A stretch of 64,000 bases of DNA from Octopus vulgaris (taxonomy: Eukaryota). The position numbers were made by a program, and so were the translations under genes. Positions 54,688-64,000 of this stretch are shown piece after piece; position 1 is the stretch's first letter; each line of letters starts with the position of its first letter. The notes beneath the pieces are model-generated. The model did no database searches. It worked only from the letters and a program-made list of their open reading frames with translations, and was not told where the DNA came from. The DNA lies in assembly GCA_951406725.2 (NCBI GenBank), contig OX597830.1, positions 21,514,001-21,578,000 on the forward strand. The letters run 5' to 3'.

Positions 54688-55223
54688 TCAAAATGTTTGA
54701 TGTCAAATAAATCAGCGTCGAATCAGCGACGCCAAACAAGCGACACCAAAATGGCTTTGCCAAAACGACTCATACCAAAACTTTGCTGTACTTTCTAGCG
54801 ACTGAAGAGTCTCACTCGATGGTTCGTGCAAATATTGCTACTTCCTTATTAACAAGCCATAGTTAATTAGAGATGACTAATTAGTATTTCCTATAAATAA
54901 GCAATGAGTAATTAAAAGTATTTCCCATTAATAACCTGTTAGTGGTATCCGTGGAAATTCTATGCTTTATAAATATTTGTATTTTTTGTTTTGATGAATA
55001 AATTCATAGAACTTCATAACTCGAACATTGTTTTGTTATGCAAAAAAAATCGCGATTATGTCTTGTACTTCCTTCCATAGTTGAGGTTTATAAAAGCGTA
55101 GTACTGGCAAATTGAGAAATGCCTTTCTCTTAAAGTAAGAAAGTTATTGGTAATATCAGACTTAGAATCAGGAACGTTATTATCAATTACACCGTTTACA
55201 CTGCTCCGAGTTTACACTGCTCT

Positions 55224-55690
55224 AGGGCAGCGGGCTCGCGGTCGAGGGATCGCGGTTTCGAATCTCAGACCGGATGATGTGTATGTTTATGAGCGAAACG
55301 CCTATGCTCAACGCGGCTCCAACAGAAGGTAATGGCGAACTTCTGCTGACTCTTTCGCCACAACTTTCTCTCACTCTTTCCTCCTGCATCTAGCAGCTCA
55401 CCTTTGACGGGCCGGCGTCCCGTCCCGGTGGGGAACCTATACGCCAATGAAACCGGGAAACCGGCCCTTATGAGCCAGGCATGGCTCGAGATGGAACAAA
55501 CAAAACAACATATGTATGTATCTATGCATATATATATATATATATATTCCGGCAGGGGCTGGTGGCGATCCCTGCTGTACTCTTTCGCCACAACTTCCTC
55601 TCACTCTTTCTTCTGTTGGCCTGCTCGCCTAGCCAGCGGGGTGGCGTCATTTGAAGGCTAAAACAATGCGAAGCGCATTGTGACCAGCGA

Positions 55691-55692
<2 letters not shown>
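55224..55692 (+). mobile_element. Two SINE family C pieces with different tails
   Basis: 55224-55505 has a tail like 1176/29350; 55548-55692 has the same body with tail ..aatgcgaagcgcattgtgaccagcg. Confidence 0.8.
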
Positions 55693-55739
<47 letters not shown>

Positions 55740-56251
55740 CATACATACATATATATTCATTAATCAACGCATTATGTTAGATATTTTTCTTTTTCACTTC
55801 CGGTCGTCACACTTGTACCATTGCATAAATAGTTTGTTTATGTTTTCCAGAAGATATATTTTCCTTAATTTGGCAGCTGAGAGGAGAAAGAAGCGATCCC
55901 TGACGAATATTAATAAATATCATACTACTCGTATACTCTTCGCTCTCAGCTGACATAACGTCATTGTGGTTTGTTGATAATTTATGAATTCACAAGGAAG
56001 TTAACCCTTTCGTTAGCATAATTCATTAACCGCTGCCGTTGCTTCAGTTAAATGAATAAATTCTGGCGGAAACTGTCGCTTTAAATCACTTTTATACAAA
56101 TTTGAATCATAGAAAAAGGAGCGTCTTCAGGCGGATCGTTTTAATAGGGAATAGATGGTTATTAATCATATTGTATAGGATTACATGTACTCTAATTTAT
56201 AATGTTTTGTTGTGTGTGCGCGCGCATGTATGTATATTGATGTCATTGTAT

Positions 56252-56661
56252 ACTCTTTTACTCTTTTACTTGTTTCAGTCATTTGACTGCGGCCATGCTG
56301 GAGCACCGCCTTTAGTCGAGCAAATCGACCCCGGGATTTATTCTTTGTAAGCCCAGTACTTATTCTATCGGTCTCTTTTGCCGAACCGCTAAGTGACGGG
56401 GACGTAAACACACCAGCATCGGTTGTCAAGCAATGCTAGGGGGACAAACACAGCACAAACACATACACACACATACATATATATATATACATATATACGA
56501 CAGGCTTCTTTCAGTTTCCGTCTACCAAATCCACTCAGAAGGCATTGGTCGGCCCGGGGCTATAGCAGAAGACACTTGCCCAAGATGCCACGCAGTGGGA
56601 CTGAACCCGGAACCATGTGGTTGGTTAGCAAGCTACTTACCACACAGCCACTCCTGCGCCT
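56252..56661 (-). mobile_element. SINE family A, full length, near consensus
   Basis: Complete head, short internal tract and (gagtaaaa)n tail. Confidence 0.92.
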
Positions 56662-57119
56662 ATGTATGGGTTTTGTTAATGGATTCATTAGCTGCGGGAA
56701 AGCGTCAGAAGGGGGAAATCCCTTTAGGACGCCGAGTGTTAAGAAACACTTGATTACCTCAAACCAGGCGGGACAGCTTGTCCTCTTAGATAAAATCGCG
56801 CTATCGTGTACTCGAGTCACCTACAAACAAACAAACTGCAATCGCTAGTCTGAAGCACATATGCAAATAGCGTCTATCTACTGATGTTTCACAGTGCCGC
56901 ACAAGTAAAACAAAATTCAATTTTGAATTATAGGCAGCTCTAATAATGTATGTGCTATTGCTGTCACATGTTTGCGATGTTTTGTAACACTCAGCGTCTT
57001 AAAGGGACTTTTGCTTGTGACGCTGTCACTCAGCTAATGAGCGCATGAGCGAAACCCAGAACCATGTAATTAGGAAGCGAACTTCTTACCATGGAGTCAT
57101 ACCTGAGCATATGTATGTC

Positions 57120-57225
57120 ATTATTCAATCTTATTTAAAGATTTCTTGCCTATAGAGAAAGAGCCGATTGCTAACCTAGATGTACGGTTCCTTCATTGGA
57201 ATTTCAACAACATCAGGGTGTTTTT
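57120..57225 (-). mobile_element. 3' UTR of the 10915-11320 RLE family
   Basis: aagatttcttgcc.atagagaaagagccg.tt.ctaacctagat..ccttcattggaatt matches 10939-11003. Confidence 0.75.
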
Positions 57226-57292
57226 GTATGTATGTATGTATGTATGTATGTATGTATGTATGTATGTATGTATGTATGTATGTATGTGTGTA

Positions 57293-57348
<56 letters not shown>

Positions 57349-57351
57349 CGT

Positions 57352-57710
57352 GTCGGTTACGACGGCGAAAGTTCCAGTTGATCCGATCAACGGAACAGCC
57401 TGCTCATGAAATTATCGTGCAAGTGGCTGAGCACTCCACAGACACGTGTACCCTTAACGTAGTTCTCGGGGAGATTCAGCGTGACACAGAGTGGGACAAG
57501 GCTGGCCCTTTTGAAATACAGGTGCAACAGTAACAGGCAGAAAGAGTGAGAGAAAGAGTACAGCAGGGTTCGACACCATCTCCAGCCGGAGCCTGGTGGA
57601 GCTTTAGGTGTTTTCGCTCAATAAACATTCAGAACGCCCGGTCTGGGAATCGAAACCGGGATCCTACGACCGCGAGTCCGCTGCCCTAACCATTAGGTCA
57701 CTTCGCCTCC
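57352..57710 (-). mobile_element. SINE family C head and body with tail D
   Basis: Minus ttagggcagcggactcgcggtcgtaggatc..gagcgaaaacacctaaagctcc followed by tail D. Confidence 0.85.
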
Positions 57711-57854
57711 ACTGTATGTATATATGTATGTATGTATGTATGCATGTGTGTATGTATGTATGTATGTATGTATGTATGCATGTGTATATGTATGTGTGTA
57801 TGTATGAATGAATAATTTGCTTGTATATTGTATATTTTGTGGTGGTTGTGGTGG

Positions 57855-57885
57855 TAGTGGGGGGGATAAACACACAAATATATAT

Positions 57886-57945
<60 letters not shown>

Positions 57946-58107
57946 CACGGGCTTCTTTCAGTTTCCGTCTACCAAAGTCACTCACAAGGCTTTGGGCGGC
58001 CCGAAGCAATAGTAGAAAATACTTTCCCGAGTGCCACGCAATGGGACTGAACCCGGAACCATGTGGTTGGGAAGCAAGCAGCTTACCACGCAGCCACGCC
58101 TGCGCCT
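57855..58107 (-). mobile_element. SINE family A 5' half
   Basis: cgggcttctttcagtttccgtctaccaaa..cagccacgcctgcgcc. Confidence 0.85.
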
Positions 58108-58517
58108 CTATATATTTGATAAGTTCCAAAATTTAAACAGCTCAATAAAATTTGAGTAAAAATGTGTTTTGAGTATAATAATGTGTGAAAACAAGTGTAG
58201 GGATTTGAAATAAAAAATGTCCTTTAATCCCTTTACTCTTACTTTCTCTCTTTTTCTCTTTCTTCTTCTTCTTCCGGCCATTTCATCATGTTGAACCGTT
58301 AATTCCTACACATTCTTTTACTCTACCCGTTTTTTTCCTTTCTGTTACTCTCCGTTTTTCCCCTCCCAATCCAGTGTAGGTTCGAAACAGCCAGCTCCCC
58401 TACTGCTACCACCACCACAACCACCTTCACCACTATTGTCATCATCATCATCATCACCGTCACCACACCTATTCTTTCCTTTCAACTAATACACCTACTT
58501 GTTATTCCTTCACCTGT

Positions 58518-58557
<40 letters not shown>

Positions 58558-59443
58558 TATATTTCAAGGGTTGAACGGAAAGAATACAACATGGAGAAGA
58601 AACTAGATGAAAGCAGAGCAAACGGGGAACTAGACGAAAATTTAGCGGACGGGCAAGTAGACAAAGACACAATACACGGAATATTTGCAGCTGAGTTTTC
58701 TTCTTCAGTCAATAGCATAAAATATCATAGCAGTTTCGCACTCTCCCGTCGAACACGACGTATGAGCGTTCTGCTTTTGATGAGCGGCTTGACCAAATGA
58801 TTTGTTTTTACAATGATCAAATGCTCGTGCCGCACATTAGCTCTCTCCATCAAATGGTCGTTGTCTGAACACAAAACACAAAGCACAAACACTCACACGC
58901 ATGCGTATCTTGAGTTTTAGGTGTGTCACGTGCCCACAAGCACATTAAAAACGGGGAGCTTGACTCAAATTTCCACGCTGTGTCAATGAGCGAGACTACA
59001 GTACTTCTCCCCACTTGAATGGGTCGCCAATGTGCCGCATCTTACCACCCGAATATTGCAGTTACTCATTTGTAGTTGAGTGGAGTGGAGTAAGGTGAAG
59101 TGAAGTGTTTTGCTCAAGAACGAAGTGAACCGCTGAATCTGAGAATCGAAATCACGATATTACGATCATGAGTCCGGCCATTTTATATATACATGAATAT
59201 ACTTATATATGCAATTATTTATGTGTGTATGTAATGTGTGTGTATGCACACACACACATATAGACATACACATACATACATACCATTCGTATCTGTGTAC
59301 GTTTAAATCAGTGTGGCAATGCGTATATATATGTATGTTTTCATGTATATATATCCCTCTTTCTCTTTGTTTCCGTCTGTCTCTCTCTCCCTCTCTCTGT
59401 ATATATATATATATGTCTGTATGTATGTATATATGCATATATC

Positions 59444-59476
<33 letters not shown>

Positions 59477-59631
59477 TATATACATACAAACATACATACA
59501 TACATACACACACACAAGTGTATATTTACATTTGTCTGTAGGTAAACATGGAAAAATTTAGGTCTACATATTTTTATTTGTAATATTACTGATATACATA
59601 CATATACATACATATATATATACATATACAT

Positions 59632-59690
<59 letters not shown>

Positions 59691-59801
59691 TATATATACA
59701 TATATCTCTATATACATATATCTATATATATATATACATATATATACATATATATAAATATATATATATGAATATAATATACATTCATCTATGTATATGC
59801 A

Positions 59802-59859
<58 letters not shown>

Positions 59860-59982
59860 TATATATATACATATAACGTCCGTGCGAATACATGCACTCT
59901 CCCTTTATACTTATAAATATACTGATGTTTTGTTTCTCAGCATGTGGTGTGTGCGTGTGTGTATATGTATGTGTGTGTATGT

Positions 59983-60031
<49 letters not shown>

Positions 60032-60369
60032 AAGACTGGTTTTGTAACAATTGCAGGCGGTGCAGTGTTCGGTGTATTCAGGTTACGTCTGAGACCACCT
60101 CGCACTAACACAACATACTACACTGCTGCCGCTACTGCCGCTACCACTGTGTACAACCCCCACACTACAGCCAGCTCCCCTACTGCTACCACCACCACAA
60201 CCACCTTCACCACTATTGTCATCATCATCATCCCCGTCACCACACCAATCACTATCATCTTGAACAATTCTATTTGCCACCGCCGCCATTGATGCCACTA
60301 CGACTACCATCACAATAACCATCACCACTACTATTAGAGTCAATATCTCCGCCACCACCACCACCACCA

Positions 60370-61030
60370 CCTTTCCTCTACCACCACTACCTCCAGCACA
60401 ACAACCACGTCCAATACTACCACCATTACAATCAACCACAACCACCTCCACTACAGTCAACACTACTATCACCATTACATCCACCGCCACCTCCACCTTA
60501 CCACTACCAGTATTTTCAGCGCCACAACCACCATCACCACTACCACCATCACCACCATAATCACCACCACTAACACTAACACCATCACTTCCTCTACCAC
60601 AACTACCTCCAGCAACACAACCAATACCACTTGTACCACCACAGCTACCACCACTACAACCACCACAACCACGTCCAATACAACCACCACCACAACAACC
60701 ACCTCCACTACAGTCAACACCACCACTGCTAACACCATTGCATCCACCGCCACCTTCACCTTACCACAACCAGTATCTCCAGCGCCACAACCACCGTCAC
60801 CACCACCACCATAAGCACCATAATCACCACCACTAACACTAACACCATCACTTTCTCTACCACAATTACCTCCAGCACCACAACCAATACCACTTGTACC
60901 ACCACAACTACCACCATAACGACCACCACAAGCTCCGCCACAGCCACCACCACAACAACCACCACTACAATCACCACCACCACCACCACAACCACCTCCA
61001 CTACAGTCAACACCACCACCGCCACCACCA
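60370..61030. repeat. Higher-order tandem repeat (~260-295 bp unit, ~2.5 copies) built from ACC-rich sequence
   Basis: cctccactacagtcaacac at ~60445, 60701 and 60995; ccataatcaccaccactaacactaacaccatcactt twice. Confidence 0.8.
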
Positions 61031-61173
61031 CGTCCCAGATCCATTACGCCCTTTTCTCAACATGTATGGTAACAATATCATTCAACCATATTACACCAAC
61101 ATTATTAAACAGTCAACATTAACCCAGACAGTCACCAACCACAGCCGTCCGTGTTATTATTATCAGTTTACAT

Positions 61174-61392
61174 AAGGCGGCTAGATAGTAGAATCCTTAC
61201 ACACCGGACAAAATGCTTGGTGACTTTTCTGCTGGCATTACGTTCTGGTTTCAAATTGCTCAGAGGTCGACCTTGCTTGTCATCATTCCGGGATCGATGA
61301 AATAAGTACCAGTTGAGCACTGGGGTCGCTGTAAGCGATTAACCACCTCTCATATAATTTCAGGCCTTGTACCTATAGTAAAAAAAGGATTA
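61174..61392 (+). mobile_element. SINE family B (old)
   Basis: aaggcggctagatagtagaatcc..gaaataagtaccagttgagcactggggtcg. Confidence 0.75.
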
Positions 61393-61452
61393 TCATTATT
61401 GTTTTCCATAGTTTCTGAAAGTGAAACTAAAATTCGTCTAGTTTTCAAGGAA

Positions 61453-61489
<37 letters not shown>

Positions 61490-61493
61490 GTAA

Positions 61494-61554
<61 letters not shown>

Positions 61555-61555
61555 G

Positions 61556-61613
<58 letters not shown>

Positions 61614-61615
<2 letters not shown>

Positions 61616-61730
61616 TATTACATGAAGATATTTCGCTGTTGCCCCTGCCACTTCCCCACTCCAAACTTTCGGTCCTACTGGGTGTGCCTCGGCGAGTGAG
61701 TATAACAAACATGCAGATTAAAAGTAAGTA
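61614..61730 (+). mobile_element. Family H short TAA-associated element (R4-like 3' UTR)
   Basis: tgtattacatgaagatatttcgctgttgcccctgccacttccccactcc identical to 63475; followed by (TAA)n. Confidence 0.75.
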
Positions 61731-61880
<150 letters not shown>

Positions 61881-61897
61881 GTAATGATGATGATGAT

Positions 61898-62738
61898 AAA
61901 CAGAAGGGTTTATCATAGCAGCTCAAGATCAATGCCTACCAACAAGAAACTACCAGGCCAACGTATTAAAGAACGGCAGTAGCCCAACATGTCGTGTATG
62001 TCAACAACAAAATGAAACCATTGATCATGTTGTCTCCAAGTGCAGTCTTCTTGCGCCTACAGAGTATCTCAACAGGCATGATAGAGTTGCACAATATATT
62101 TACTGGGTAATTTGCAAAAACCTGGATTTGTCCCATGAAAAAATTGGTAGGAGCACAAACCACCTCCAGTGCTTGTAAATGACCACATCTCACTCCTCTG
62201 GAACTTCACCATTCAAACTGACAGAAAGATAGGCCAGATATCATATTGAAAGACTTCAAACAAAGAACATGCCTCCTCATTGATATGACTGTCCCAATCG
62301 ATATAAACGTATCTGTCAAGACCTACCAAAAACTGAGCAAATATATAGATCTTGAAATAGAAATCAGCAAAATGTGGAAGCTGAAGACTAAAACAATACC
62401 TGTTGTCATAGGTGCCCTGGGAATGATAGCAAAAGGGGCTGATTGCTACTTAACTCAGATACCAGGAAACCCCAAAATTGTAGAAACTCAAAAGATAGTG
62501 CTCATGGGAACTGCCCATATCCTACGCAAAATACTTTTTGTGTAATCTCAAGTTTTAAAATAAATATAAATTTCGTATGTTTTTTTAGACATTCACTAGT
62601 ACAACACCAAAAAAAAACAACAAATATATGGCACACTAAGCATAACAACAACATGAACTTCCAACCTGTTGTCTCTTGAGGTCTCTGGGTGAGACTTGGC
62701 GCCAACTTGTACAAATATAAAGCAAAAGTCAAACATAG
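61898..62738 (+). mobile_element. 5'-truncated R4/Dong-like RLE retrotransposon
   Basis: EGFIIAAQDQCLPTRNY, CRVC..ETIDHVVSKC, RHD, PDII..LIDM..KLSKY, VIGALG, GTAHILRKIL; stop at 62545; TAA flanks. Confidence 0.92.
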
Positions 62739-62759
62739 AATAATAATAATAATAATAAC

Positions 62760-62829
<70 letters not shown>

Positions 62830-62830
<1 letters not shown>

Positions 62831-63365
62831 GCAGTGGCTCTCGTGGCTTCTGATCGTAACTGATTGGAAATGTATCATGTACATTGTTTTGTCTTGGTAT
62901 AAAAGATGGGCTACAGCAAATATTCTGCTCAATACCACAGATTTGCTTGTCAGATGTTTGACCTTAACCAGTTGAGCATGTACCTTAGTGGCTGACGATA
63001 TGTGCATCGCTGATCAAGAGCAGAAGTAGTGGGGGAGCATCGTAGCCGTGTGTTGAAAGGAATTCTTAGAGGTTTGGATAATTCACCTTTGGAAACAGGG
63101 GTGGTTCGTTCAACATCCGTAAACAATCTTTATTCAGGGACCTTTTGAGTGGTATTGGCTACTCGACCAGAACAAAATTCTAACTGGGCCCCACCTGCAA
63201 GGTCATGCGCTGTTTATCTTGATATGAGATCACCATATCACGCACATATGGTTGTGCTGCATGTGCCTAGTGTACCCTTATCAGACGGGTAGTCATGATG
63301 GGTATATTGGGCTTCGTATATTTTACCCCAGTGTCACTCTGATGGCATGCACTGCTCTCTCACTC
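62830..63365 (+). mobile_element. Family G element
   Basis: Collinear with 22018-22553; TAA flanks. Confidence 0.85.
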
Positions 63366-63405
63366 AATAATAAAAATAGAAAAAAAAAAATAATAATAAT
63401 AATAA

Positions 63406-63473
<68 letters not shown>

Positions 63474-63474
63474 T

Positions 63475-63628
63475 TGTATTACATGAAGATATTTCGCTGT
63501 TGCCCCTGCCACTTCCCCACTCCAAGGTTTCAGTCATACTGTAACATCTCTTATCCTTCACTCGCCCTAGGACGCTAGGTGTGTCTCGGCGAGTGAGTGT
63601 AACAAACGTGCAGATTAAAAGTAAGTAA

Positions 63629-63630
<2 letters not shown>
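63475..63630 (+). mobile_element. Family H element
   Basis: Longer copy of 61614-61730 with intact 3' stem-loop. Confidence 0.75.
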
Positions 63631-63659
<29 letters not shown>

Positions 63660-63660
<1 letters not shown>

Positions 63661-63842
63661 CTTTTCTACTCTAGGCACAAGGCCCAAAATCCCAGTACGC
63701 AACTGGTATTTAATTTATCGACCCCGAAAGGATAAAAGGCAAAGTCGACTTCGGCAGAATTTGACCTTAGAACATAAAGACGGACGAAATGGCGCTAAGC
63801 ATTTTGTCCGGCATGCTAACGGTGTTGTCAAGCAAGCCGTCT
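63660..63842 (-). mobile_element. SINE family B
   Basis: ttatcgaccccgaaaggataaaaggcaaagtcgac..gcatgctaacg. Confidence 0.8.
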
Positions 63843-63881
63843 TAATGATGCTGATGCCGCCGCTGCTGATGTTGCTGCTGT

Positions 63882-63944
<63 letters not shown>

Positions 63945-64000
63945 CACCAGCAGCACCAGTACTTGACTGGTACTTAATTTTATTGACACCCCTTTCACCA

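Noticed and set aside
54455-54777. Possible TIR element (ggtatga..tcatacc with ttggc repeats)
   Set aside because: Terminal match is short and no TSD is visible; not supportable without a search
58591-58800. 69-aa ORF MEKKLDESRANGELDENL..
   Set aside because: Antisense reading of a pyrimidine-rich repeat tail running into a SINE E tail; no homology recognised

Overview
Eukaryotic, AT-rich, gene-poor DNA. The repeat landscape (dense TA/TG/TATG/GATA/TAA/GGT microsatellites plus several tRNA-derived SINE families) suggests an octopus-like cephalopod genome; this is inference from pattern recognition, not a database result. I found no supportable host protein-coding exon. Nearly all ORFs in the track are microsatellite translations. 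Recognisable coding remnants are all from transposons: R4/Dong-like RLE non-LTR retrotransposon 3' ends in (TAA)n tracts, a second RLE family, an RTE-like 3' end with C2H2 fingers, a degraded CR1/Jockey-type LINE, a maT/DD37D-type transposase fragment and mariner C-termini in MITEs. The most striking signal is a dozen or more type I hammerhead-ribozyme-like motifs from about eight unrelated repeat families. Most have a palindromic stem-loop III. Three loci form large inverted repeats with outward-facing 3' ends, resembling Penelope-type insertions. One motif is conserved with compensatory changes (C3-G8 vs U3-A8, different stem II) in a leader linked to an RLE LINE 3' end at two loci. Coordinates were read by eye and may be off by about 10 nt. 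Family letters (A, B, C and so on) are my own labels.
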